A stretch of DNA of 64,000 bases, from the NCBI GenBank assembly GCA_051884915.1, contig JBJEWF010000080.1, positions 2,585 through 66,584 on the forward strand. The letters are read 5' to 3'. Under the pieces are notes generated by a model that was not told where the DNA came from, searched no databases, and worked only from the letters and a program-made list of their open reading frames with translations. The DNA is from Kiritimatiellia bacterium. GTDB lineage: Bacteria; Verrucomicrobiota; Kiritimatiellia; RFP12; UBA1067. Shown one piece after another: positions 45,082 through 53,446 of the stretch; position 1 is the first letter of the stretch, and each line of letters opens with the position of its first letter. A program made the translations under genes and the position numbers.

Positions 45082-45729
45082 CTAGCGGCACCCTTTGCGC
45101 CAGAGCACGGGACTGATCGGCTTTTCTCCCGCCCACAGCCCCCGCCCGGCCTGACGCGCCTGGTTCTGGGCCTCGGAATAGGAGGCGATCCGCCCCTGCG
45201 AAGGCAGATGCCAGGCCCAGCCCTCCCTGACCATCAGAAGGTTCACGTCGATGTCGTGCCCCGGACTGTCCGGCGGCTCGTCCGAAAAACGGGCGTTCGG
45301 CAAGTGGACGACGCCCAGGAGATGGCCGTCGGCGTCCTTTTTCGACCACTCGACGCGGACCATGCGCCCTTCCACCAACTGCTTCAGCCGTTTCATGGCC
45401 TCCGCGCCGAAGGGCTGCCCCGCCTCGGGCGCATCGATCCGCGCCAGGCGGACCCGCCGCGTGAAATTCCCGTCCGGCGTCACGCGCAGCGTGTCGCCGT
45501 CGAGAACGCGCGTGACCCTGCCGTCGAACGGCACGCCCGGACGAACGGGGACCGAACCGTCGCACACGTAGAACGAACCGGGCTTCGGACCCGGCACGCG
45601 CGGCTCCGAGGGATGGCGCGGAAATCCATGCTGGAAACTCCGGTGGAAGGTCGCGCCGCCTCCGGCCGCCGGCAGAAAGCCCAGAAGCGCGGAGACGACG
45701 AGCACGCCGGGTTTCGGGACGCGCGGCAT
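45082..45729 (-). CDS. Secreted staphylococcal-nuclease (SNase/thermonuclease) fold protein
   Basis: ATG 45729, 2 nt after the upstream stop. Signal peptide VLVVSALLGFLPAAGG. SNase blocks LDGDTLRV and VRLARIDAPE. The block expected as DxxGRxLA reads DADGHLLG. Confidence 0.8.
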   Translation of the reverse strand: MPRVPKPGVLVVSALLGFLPAAGGGATFHRSFQHGFPRHPSEPRVPGPKPGSFYVCDGSVPVRPGVPFDGRVTRVLDGDTLRVTPDGNFTRRVRLARIDAPEAGQPFGAEAMKRLKQLVEGRMVRVEWSKKDADGHLLGVVHLPNARFSDEPPDSPGHDIDVNLLMVREGWAWHLPSQGRIASYSEAQNQARQAGRGLWAGEKPISPVLWRKGCR

Positions 45730-45731
45730 CT

Positions 45732-47075
45732 TCACTCCTTTTCGGCGCCGAAGGCGCAGGACGCCGCCAGCAGCTCCTGGGCGGCGGATTCGACTTTCCG
45801 GCGCCTGGCTTCCGCAAAGAACGGCCGCCGGAACGGCGCTTTCAGAATGACCTCCCCCGTTTCCGCCTTCAGGCTTTCCCACGTCTGGAACAGATTGTCG
45901 TGCTTGCCGACGGCGATTTCCTTCCGGAACACCTCCGCATACAGCTGATCGACGGCGCCCGCCAGCTTTTTCCGCAGGAAGAAATCCGCCAGTTTGCCGA
46001 CAGAGAACGCGATGGCCAGGACCAGGCAGCCGGACAGCGCCGCGCCGACGGCGGGCAGCCACGACCCCTGCCCCTGGGAGGAGCCGCGGAGCGCGAAGAA
46101 GACGGAACCGCCCAGCACCAGCGCCAGCAGGAACCCCGCGACCGTGTACACGAACTGGCTGCGCGCCCGGCGCGAGGCCGCTTCGTCCACGACCGCCATG
46201 CGCAGCGAAAGGCCCATGAAGTCGGCATAGGCCGCGGCGACGACGTTGTCCCGCCGGCGCACCTGCGCGTGTTCGAGGACGGACAGCAGTTCGGCGCGGT
46301 GGCGATTGAAGTCCGCGAAGTTCAGCGACGGATCTTCCGGCGTCTTCTCCCGGCCCGAATAGGTCGTGTAGATCTTGGGCAGGTCTTTCGTCTTCAGGAC
46401 GCGCGCGAGATTCCAGCAGACGGCGCCGTACGTCCGCGCAAAATCGTACAGGCTTTTCAGGCAGTCGCACTTGTTCAGGAGGACGCGGAGCTTGAACTCG
46501 CATCCCCGCAGGGCCGTGGCGAAGACGTCGACGGTCTCGCCCGTCGTCCCGGGCTTGTCGGGATCGAAGAGAAAGAAGACCGTATCCGCCAGCAAGGTGA
46601 AGCGGCGGACGGCGCAGGCGAAGTCGTAGTCGCGCGAGACGCCCCCCTTCGCCGAATCGATCATGCCGGGGCTGTCGACGAGCGCGACTTTCTTCAGCAG
46701 CTCGAACGGACGGTACTTCACCGTCAGATGCCGCAGGAACGAGGGCCCCAGAACCTCCAGCGACTTGAATTCCTTCGGCAGGCGGGACAGGGCCGCGGGG
46801 CCGCAGACGTCCTCCGCCGATTCGCCGTGCAGGAGAACCGTGAACGCGTCGTCCGTCGGGGCGACGCCCGTGTCCTGGACGTCCGCGTCCCCCAGAACCC
46901 AGTTGATGAGCGAGGACTTTCCGGACGAGTGGTTGCCCAGGAACAGGACGACGGGGATGCCGCCGGCCGTCACGGACGGGCGGGAGAACGTGTAGTAGTA
47001 GCGCTGGGCCAGCGGGGCGAAGCGGAGGTAGGCCCTGTCCAGTTTTTCCTCGAACTTCTGGAGCGCGTCTTTCAT
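45732..47075 (-). CDS. EHD/dynamin-superfamily NTPase with a C-terminal transmembrane hairpin
   Basis: 447 aa. G1 GNHSSGKSS, switch I APTDDAF, G3 LVDSPGM, G4 NKCD. The segment VSRDYDFACAVRRF...FLFDPDK...LRVLLNKCD...YGAVCWNL tracks the EHD G-domain as I recall it. Two hydrophobic helices: FLLALVLGGSVFFAL and VGAALSGCLVLAIAFSV. Confidence 0.75.
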   Translation of the reverse strand: MKDALQKFEEKLDRAYLRFAPLAQRYYYTFSRPSVTAGGIPVVLFLGNHSSGKSSLINWVLGDADVQDTGVAPTDDAFTVLLHGESAEDVCGPAALSRLPKEFKSLEVLGPSFLRHLTVKYRPFELLKKVALVDSPGMIDSAKGGVSRDYDFACAVRRFTLLADTVFFLFDPDKPGTTGETVDVFATALRGCEFKLRVLLNKCDCLKSLYDFARTYGAVCWNLARVLKTKDLPKIYTTYSGREKTPEDPSLNFADFNRHRAELLSVLEHAQVRRRDNVVAAAYADFMGLSLRMAVVDEAASRRARSQFVYTVAGFLLALVLGGSVFFALRGSSQGQGSWLPAVGAALSGCLVLAIAFSVGKLADFFLRKKLAGAVDQLYAEVFRKEIAVGKHDNLFQTWESLKAETGEVILKAPFRRPFFAEARRRKVESAAQELLAASCAFGAEKE

Positions 47076-47090
47076 CTGGACCCCCTTCGT

Positions 47091-47723
47091 CTAGAACTCC
47101 TTCATGCCGCCGAACGGCGAAAGCGTCACGCCCTCGCCGACGTTCGCGAACGCCGGCGTCCCCGCCGCGATGCGCGCGCGGGCGCCGACCGAAACGCCGG
47201 GACAGGTGCAGGCGTTGGTGGCGATCAGGGCATGCGGCCCCACCGTCGTGTGCCCCGACAGCGTGGCGCCCGGACACACCTGGGAGAAATCGGCGAGCCG
47301 GGAGTCGTGCCCGATTCCGGCGCGGGCGTTGACCAGCACGAACTTGCCGAGCTCCACGCCGACGGAAACGACGGCGCGCGGCCCGATGAACACGCCGTGG
47401 CGGATGTCCGCCGTGGGCGCGACCTCGGCCGAGGGGTCGATCAGCACGGGGAAGTCGTGGCCGCGCAGCCGGCGGTAGATCTTTTCGCGCACGGCGTTGC
47501 TGCCGATGGCGATGAAGACGGCGGCCCCCGGATAGTCGGCGGAGGCCTTCTCGACGGACCCCAGCAGCGGATAGCCGTCCAACGCGCCCTTCGCCTTCCC
47601 GGGGTCGTCGTCGGCAAAGCCGAGAATGCGCCACGTCTCCTCAAGCGCGTTGATGCGTTCCAGCGTCCAGGCGACTTCGCGGCCGAAGCCGCCCGCGCCG
47701 ACGATCATGATTTCTCTTGCCAT
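47091..47723 (-). CDS. NeuD/PglD-family sugar N/O-acyltransferase (left-handed beta-helix)
   Basis: ATG 47723 (the track start 47729 is a GTG), with GGAGG 6 nt upstream. MIVGAGGFGREV Rossmann-like N-terminal domain, then hexapeptide repeats (VFIGPRAVVSVGVELGKFVLVNARAGIGHDSRL). Confidence 0.8.
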   Translation of the reverse strand: MAREIMIVGAGGFGREVAWTLERINALEETWRILGFADDDPGKAKGALDGYPLLGSVEKASADYPGAAVFIAIGSNAVREKIYRRLRGHDFPVLIDPSAEVAPTADIRHGVFIGPRAVVSVGVELGKFVLVNARAGIGHDSRLADFSQVCPGATLSGHTTVGPHALIATNACTCPGVSVGARARIAAGTPAFANVGEGVTLSPFGGMKEF

Positions 47724-47768
47724 TGCCACCTCCGACAGAGTCCCGTGCGTTTTCGCGTCACCAGGGAG

Positions 47769-47796
47769 AGTATACCCGATTCGTCCCCGATTTGAA
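47769..47796 (-). promoter_or_regulatory. Candidate promoter of the acyltransferase/EHD-like/nuclease operon: -35 TTCAAA, 16-nt spacer, -10 TATACT
   Basis: Minus strand reads TTTCAAATCGGGGACGAATCGGGTATACTCTCC, about 45 nt upstream of ATG 47723. Confidence 0.45.
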
Positions 47797-47810
47797 AGCG
47801 CGAAAACCGG

Positions 47811-47864
47811 AAAAAAAAAAACGCGGCGGCCCCTCGCCCGCGCGCGGCATGGCGGCCGCCGGCG
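47811..47864 (-). terminator. Intrinsic terminator after the RND gene
   Basis: Minus strand: GC-rich arms CGCCGGCGGCC and GGCCGCCGCG form a stem with one bulge, followed by eleven T (A11 at 47811-47821 on the plus strand). Confidence 0.7.
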
Positions 47865-47882
47865 GCGCCGTCCGGGCGGGCG

Positions 47883-50800
47883 CTAGCGGCGCGGCGCCTC
47901 GGCCTCGCCCCGCAGGCGCTCGCGGATGCGCTGGAAGACGCTGTAAAGCGCGGGCACGAACACGATTCCGACCAGCGTCGCCATCAGCATGCCGGAAAAC
48001 GTCGTGATGCCGATCGCCTTCTGGGCGCCCGCGCCGGCGCCGGAGGCGCGGACCAGCGGGAAGACGCCGAACAGGAAGCTCCAGGCCGTCATCATCACCG
48101 CGCGATAGCGCAGGCTGGCGCCGTTGATGGCGGCCTCGCGAACGGGGACGCCCCGGGCGCGCTCCTGCTTGGAGAACTCGACCATCAGAATGGCGTTCTT
48201 CGCCGCCAGCCCGATGAGCATGACAAGGCCCAGCTGCGCATAGACGCTCATTTCGGTGTCCGTCAGGAACAGGCCGAGCAGTCCGCCGCAAACGGCGAAC
48301 ACGACCGACAGCATGACCGAAACCGGAATCGACCAGCTTTCATACTGGGCCACCAGGAACAGATAGGCGAAAAACACGGCCAGGCCCATCAGCCAGACGA
48401 TCTGCCCCTGGTTCTCCTTCTCCTGAAGCGCCATGCCGTTGTATTCGAGATGGCATTCCGGCGGCAGTTTCATGCTCTCGGCAAAATTGAGGACCTCCAG
48501 ATTCGTCATGCCGGGCGGCGTCTGGATGTTGATCCAGGCCCCCTGCATCTTGTTGAACCGCTTGATTTCGCGCGGGCCGACCGAATAGCGGATCTTGCCG
48601 ATGGCGGAAAGCGGCACCATGGCGCCGTTGGATCCCGGGAAGCGAATTTCCATCACCTCGTTCACCGTCGAGCGGTAGTCGGCCTGGCTCTGGATGATGA
48701 CCTCGTAGCTGCCCCCCTTCATGTTGAAGTCGTTGACGTAGAACGAGGCCAGCTTGTTCTGCAGGGTCGAGAAAACCGTTTGCGCGGTCACGCCGAGCGA
48801 TTCGGCCTTTTTCCGGTCCAGGTCGAGATAGAGCTGCGGCGTATTGGCATTGAACCCAACGGCGCAGCGTTCGGTCTTCAACTCGGATTTCATCGTCTGC
48901 TGGATGGTGTCCATCGTCGCCGCCAGCTGCTGCGAGGTGAAGTCGCCGACGCTGCAGACCCAGAAGCCGATGCCGCCCAGCGAACCGAGGCCGCGAATCG
49001 GCGGCGGCGTGAACAGCGAGATCTTCGCGGCGTAGATGTCCGCCGTGCGCTTCTCGATCTCGCCCATGATGCTCTCGATCGAGAGTTCGGGCGATTTGCG
49101 CAAGTCCCAGTGCTTCAGGCGGATCAGCGAGCCGCCGTAGTTCTCGCCCGTGCCGTTGACCGGCGAGGACCCCGTCGAGCTGGAGACCGAATCGACCCCC
49201 GGAATGCCGCGGATCCGTTCGTTGAACTGCTCGACCACCTCGATTGTCCGCTGCAGCGAAGCCCCTTCGGCCAGCTCGATGTTGGCGCGGATGTAGCCGC
49301 GGTCCTCCTTGGGCAGCAGCGCTTCCGGAACCCGGCCGCGCAGCCAGCACATGGCGGCAGCGACCGCGCCGAAGAGCAGCAGCGCGAGGACGCCATGGTC
49401 CACGAAGAAACGGACGAAGAGCAGATAGCTCCGGCGGCAGAACTCGATTGCGCCGTTGACCGGCCGGAAAACCGCCGGCGCCCGGTCCGCCGGCTTCTTC
49501 AGCAGAAGCGAGCACAAAACCGGCGAGAGGGTCAGCGCGACGAGGGTCGACAGACACAGCGCAATGCACATCGTGACGGCGAACTGGACGTACATCTTCC
49601 CGACCATCCCCCGGTAGAAGGCGAGCGGCAGGTAGCACGAGAGCGTCACGAGCGTGGTCGCGACGATTGCGCCGGTGATCTGCCGCATCGACTTGCCGGC
49701 CGCCGCGCGCGCCGACAGCCCTTCCCGCGCCATCAGCGCCTGCGTGTTCTCCACCACGACAATGGCGTCGTCCACCAGCGAGCCGATGACGAGAATCAGC
49801 CCGAACATGGTCAGGATGTTCAGCGTGAAGCCCATTGCCCGCAGGAACAGGAAGGCCCCCAGCAGCGAAATCGGAATGGCGATGGCCGGAACGAAGGTCG
49901 CCCGCCAGTCCTGGAGGAAGAGATACGTGATCAGGACGACGAGCAGCAGGGCTTCGACCAGCGTTTTCGCCGTCTCCTTCATGAAGACCTTGGTGAAGGC
50001 CGTCGAGTCGTCGGCGAGAACGCAGCGGACGCCGGACGGGAGACGGCCGATCCACTTCTCGACCTCCGCCTTGACGGAGTCGACCGTGGCGATGGCATTG
50101 GCCTCCGGCGCCTTGTAGACGTGCATGAAAATGGCCATGTCGTCGTTGAACTTGTTCGTCGAGGAATAGGTCTTCGCCCCCAATTCGACGCGCGCCACGT
50201 CCTTCAGGAGAACCTGCGCGCCGGTGTCCGGATTCGAGCGCACGACGATGTTCTCGAATTCCTCCTTCGTCTTGAGACGCCCCTTGACGTTGAGCTTGTA
50301 GCTGAGGTAGCGGTTGGAATATTCGCTGCCGATGGTCCCCGCGGCGGCCTGGACGTTCTGGGACTGGATGGCGGTCTTGACGTCGAAGATCGACACGCCC
50401 ATGCCCGTCATGCGCACGGGGTTGAGCCACACCCGCATCGCGTACTTGCGGTTGGACACCTCGACGAGCGAAACGCCGGGCAGGCGCTGGACGGCGTCCT
50501 TCACCTCGTTCTCGACGAAGTTGCAGAGATCCATGATGGAGACCTGCCGCCCGTCCGTGAGAAACACGTACATGGCCATCCGGTCTTCCTGGCGCTTGTT
50601 GACGGTCAGCCCTTTCGCCAGGACCTCGCTGGGCAGCTTGGGCTCCGCCCGCTTGACGGCGTTCTGGAGGTTGACCAGATTCATGTTGGAATCCGTGCCG
50701 CTGCGGAACGTCACGTAGCAGGCGTACGAGCCGTTGTTGTTGCAGCTGGACGAGTAGTAGATCAGATCGTCGACGGCGTTGATCTGGTCCTCGATCGGAA

Positions 50801-50993
50801 TGGCCACCGTCTCGGCGATCACCTCCGACGAGGCGCCCGGATAGCTGGCCGTCACGTAAATCGTCGTCGGCGCGATTTCCGGATACTCGGCCACGGGAAT
50901 CGTCCGGAGGCACAGCCATCCGCAGAACGCCAGCAGGATGGAGAGGACGAACGCGACACGTGGACGGTCAATGAAAATCTGCGAAAAGGACAT
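47883..50993 (-). CDS. RND-superfamily efflux permease (AcrB/HAE-type, 12 TM helices)
   Basis: 1036 aa. N-terminus FIDRPRVAFVLSILLAFCGW...PVAEYPEIAPTTI is typical of AcrB-like pumps. Two large periplasmic loops. Confidence 0.9.
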   Translation of the reverse strand: MSFSQIFIDRPRVAFVLSILLAFCGWLCLRTIPVAEYPEIAPTTIYVTASYPGASSEVIAETVAIPIEDQINAVDDLIYYSSSCNNNGSYACYVTFRSGTDSNMNLVNLQNAVKRAEPKLPSEVLAKGLTVNKRQEDRMAMYVFLTDGRQVSIMDLCNFVENEVKDAVQRLPGVSLVEVSNRKYAMRVWLNPVRMTGMGVSIFDVKTAIQSQNVQAAAGTIGSEYSNRYLSYKLNVKGRLKTKEEFENIVVRSNPDTGAQVLLKDVARVELGAKTYSSTNKFNDDMAIFMHVYKAPEANAIATVDSVKAEVEKWIGRLPSGVRCVLADDSTAFTKVFMKETAKTLVEALLLVVLITYLFLQDWRATFVPAIAIPISLLGAFLFLRAMGFTLNILTMFGLILVIGSLVDDAIVVVENTQALMAREGLSARAAAGKSMRQITGAIVATTLVTLSCYLPLAFYRGMVGKMYVQFAVTMCIALCLSTLVALTLSPVLCSLLLKKPADRAPAVFRPVNGAIEFCRRSYLLFVRFFVDHGVLALLLFGAVAAAMCWLRGRVPEALLPKEDRGYIRANIELAEGASLQRTIEVVEQFNERIRGIPGVDSVSSSTGSSPVNGTGENYGGSLIRLKHWDLRKSPELSIESIMGEIEKRTADIYAAKISLFTPPPIRGLGSLGGIGFWVCSVGDFTSQQLAATMDTIQQTMKSELKTERCAVGFNANTPQLYLDLDRKKAESLGVTAQTVFSTLQNKLASFYVNDFNMKGGSYEVIIQSQADYRSTVNEVMEIRFPGSNGAMVPLSAIGKIRYSVGPREIKRFNKMQGAWINIQTPPGMTNLEVLNFAESMKLPPECHLEYNGMALQEKENQGQIVWLMGLAVFFAYLFLVAQYESWSIPVSVMLSVVFAVCGGLLGLFLTDTEMSVYAQLGLVMLIGLAAKNAILMVEFSKQERARGVPVREAAINGASLRYRAVMMTAWSFLFGVFPLVRASGAGAGAQKAIGITTFSGMLMATLVGIVFVPALYSVFQRIRERLRGEAEAPRR

Positions 50994-51812
50994 CTATTTC
51001 TCTCGCCACCGCCGATGCATCCACAAATACTGCTCCGGATAGCGCCGGATGGCCTCGCCCAGACGGTCGTTGAGCACCTGCGTGCAGGCGGCCCTGTCGG
51101 CGTCGCGGGGGAACGACACCGGTTCGCCGCCGACCAGACGGTAGCGGTAGGGGCCGATCCGGACGAACGACCCCACGACGATCGGACAGCCGGACCGCAT
51201 CGCAAGGCGCGTCGCCGACGTGAACGTCTTGGCCGGGCGTCCCAGGAACGTCAGCGGCAGACCCCTGGACGCGTGCTGGTCGATCAGAATCGTCATGGCC
51301 GCGCGGTCGCCGAGCCACTGGCGGATGACGTCGGGCGTGAAGCCGCGGTTCTTGTCGATGATCGTCACGGGGCCGCGGAAATGGTGCGTCTTCATCCAGC
51401 GCGCCACGAGCTTGTTGTTCATCACGCGGGCGACGGCGATCATCGGCCGCGCCAGCGACAGGAGGTTGGTCGCCGCTTCCCAGACGCCATGGTGCGAACT
51501 GACGATCAGAATGGGCTTGTCGGTCTCCTCCAGCAGCAGGCGGACGGCGGACGGCGCCCCTTCCGACACGTCAAGATGCGCGCGCCAATTGTCCTTCGTG
51601 ATGACGTTCGGAACCCGCAGCGCCTCGCAGACGTGGCCCACCAGATGGCCGAAACTCGTGCGCGCGATCCGGTCGGCCTCCCCGGGATCGTCCGTGATCC
51701 CGGCCTTGAGGATGTTGTCGATCGCGAGTTTGCGCCGCTTCCGGAAAAAGGGATAGAGGAAACGGCCAACGGCGCTTCCCCAGTCGTACGCTTTGCGGTC
51801 CAGCAAGTTCAT
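50994..51812 (-). CDS. LpxL/HtrB-family lipid A (lysophospholipid) acyltransferase
   Basis: 272 aa. The stop directly abuts the RND ATG (0-nt gap). Catalytic block VSSHHGVWEAA (HxxxxE) and EQYLWMHRRW C-terminal block. Confidence 0.8.
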   Translation of the reverse strand: MNLLDRKAYDWGSAVGRFLYPFFRKRRKLAIDNILKAGITDDPGEADRIARTSFGHLVGHVCEALRVPNVITKDNWRAHLDVSEGAPSAVRLLLEETDKPILIVSSHHGVWEAATNLLSLARPMIAVARVMNNKLVARWMKTHHFRGPVTIIDKNRGFTPDVIRQWLGDRAAMTILIDQHASRGLPLTFLGRPAKTFTSATRLAMRSGCPIVVGSFVRIGPYRYRLVGGEPVSFPRDADRAACTQVLNDRLGEAIRRYPEQYLWMHRRWREK

Positions 51813-51907
51813 ATCGAAACCCGAACGCGAACGGGCGGACGGACTCTTCCCGGCGAGATTCCGCCCCTCCCCGGCGACGCGCCCGCCCCGGCCGTCCCCC
51901 CGGCCGG

Positions 51908-53362
51908 TCAGCCGCGGAGGACCTTGTCGTAGTCGAGGCCGTAGCGCGCCAGTTCAAGACGCACGTCGTACTTGCCGCGCGAGAACGGCACCATCAGCTT
52001 GCGGGCCTCGGGACTGCAGGCGTCCTCCTTCTCCGCGCGCCACGCGACCGTCGCGCCGCCCTTCTTGCCGCGGCCGAGTTCCATGCACATCTGGCCCAGG
52101 CAGCAGGCCGTGGAGGAACGCTGCGCCGCCTCGGCGTTCGTGACCGTCAGGTCCGGATCGCCCGCGCGGATCGCCTCCAGCCAGTTGCGCCAGTGGTCGG
52201 CGGAGGTGCGCAGCCTGACGGCCGGGCTGGCGATCGGTTCGAGCAGACGGTTCTTCGAGGCCATCAGCGGCTGCATCTTGCCGTTCGACGGCACGTCGGG
52301 GTCGCTCGGCGTGACTTTCACGGTGCCGCGCATGCAGTAGAGCCACTCGCCCTTCTCGCCGATGAACTTCACGCCCATCGGGAACTTGTCGCACACGTGG
52401 ACGTCGGTCCGGCCCCCGTTGTAGGAATAGTGGAGATCGTAGTGGGTGTGGACGTTCCAGAGCCTGCCGCCCGTCGTGTCCATCCAGCTGCACGTGCCCG
52501 AGACGCCGTCCGGACCCGAATCGTCCTTGCCGAGGCCCCACTGGGCGATGTCGATGTGGTGCGCGCCCCAGTTCGTGATCATGCCCCAGCCGTACGGCGC
52601 CATCTGGATCCAGCCCGGCCGGTCGCCGATTTTCCCGAGGTCCTGCTGGTGCACGCGCGTCCAGTTGTAGGGCGTGACGTCCGCGCCCGGCGTCGGCCCG
52701 AGCCACATGTCGTAGTTGAGGTTGGCGGGAACCGGCTCGACCTTCGAGCTGCCGCCCGACCGGTCGCAGCCGATGCCCACCTCGACGCGCCGGATCTCGC
52801 CGATGCGGCCGTTCGCCACGAGTTCGCACACGAGGTGGAACTGGGGCTTGCTGCGCTGCCAGGACCCGACCTGGACGACGCGATTGCGCATTTTGGCGAG
52901 ATTGGCGATGATGCGGCCTTCCGTGATCGTCTGGGAGAACGGCTTCTGCAGCCAGATGTGCTTGCCGGCCGCGAGCGCCGCGCACGCGACGAGCGTGTGC
53001 CAGTGGTCGGGGATGCAGATCTCGACGGCGTCGATGGACGGGTCGGCCAGCAGGTCGTGGTAGTCGGCGTAGGGCTTGACCTGATAGCCCGGATCCTCCT
53101 TGTAGAGCTTCTTCACGAAGTCGACGCCATGGGCCAGGCGATTCGAGTCGAGATCGCACACGGCGGTGATGCGGCAGAGGTCCTTGTGCCGGGCCGCGAG
53201 CGGCATGTCCATCGTCGTGGAAATGCGGCCGATGCCGATTACGCCGACGTTGACCTTTTCGTTGGCGGCGAACTTGCGGACGCCGCCGACGCAGCCGGAA
53301 AACACGAACGGGGCCGCGAAAGCCGCAGACGCGCCGAGAAAGTGACGACGGTTCATTTGCAT
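51908..53362 (-). CDS. Tat-exported Gfo/Idh/MocA-family oxidoreductase, probably a lipoprotein
   Basis: MQMNRRHFLGASAAFAAPFVFSGC combines a twin-arginine motif with a lipobox. VNVGVIGIGRIS Rossmann motif and LQKPFS block. Alternative ATG at 53356. Confidence 0.85.
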   Translation of the reverse strand: MQMNRRHFLGASAAFAAPFVFSGCVGGVRKFAANEKVNVGVIGIGRISTTMDMPLAARHKDLCRITAVCDLDSNRLAHGVDFVKKLYKEDPGYQVKPYADYHDLLADPSIDAVEICIPDHWHTLVACAALAAGKHIWLQKPFSQTITEGRIIANLAKMRNRVVQVGSWQRSKPQFHLVCELVANGRIGEIRRVEVGIGCDRSGGSSKVEPVPANLNYDMWLGPTPGADVTPYNWTRVHQQDLGKIGDRPGWIQMAPYGWGMITNWGAHHIDIAQWGLGKDDSGPDGVSGTCSWMDTTGGRLWNVHTHYDLHYSYNGGRTDVHVCDKFPMGVKFIGEKGEWLYCMRGTVKVTPSDPDVPSNGKMQPLMASKNRLLEPIASPAVRLRTSADHWRNWLEAIRAGDPDLTVTNAEAAQRSSTACCLGQMCMELGRGKKGGATVAWRAEKEDACSPEARKLMVPFSRGKYDVRLELARYGLDYDKVLRG

Positions 53363-53387
53363 GGAAACGGAACTCCTTGTGTCTGAA

Positions 53388-53396
53388 ATTGAATCA
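53388..53396 (-). promoter_or_regulatory. Weak candidate extended -10 (TGaTTCAAT) for the 51908-53362 gene
   Basis: Lies in an AT-rich 84-bp gap. Minus strand reads GTTGATTCAATTTCAGACACAAGGAGTTCCGTTTCCATG. Confidence 0.3.
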
Positions 53397-53446
53397 ACAT
53401 TGCGATTGTCTCAAAAATCGGCGGACTTGTCCAATGGAAACTGGCA

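Noticed and set aside
47811-47821. A11 homopolymer as a possible phase-variable or slippery tract
   Set aside because: It is intergenic and reads as T11 on the minus strand directly after a GC hairpin. It is the U-tract of the RND operon terminator.
48450-51932. 1160-aa plus-strand ORF antisense to the RND and LpxL-like genes
   Set aside because: Same shadow-ORF character. The minus strand encodes an unmistakable AcrB-like permease.
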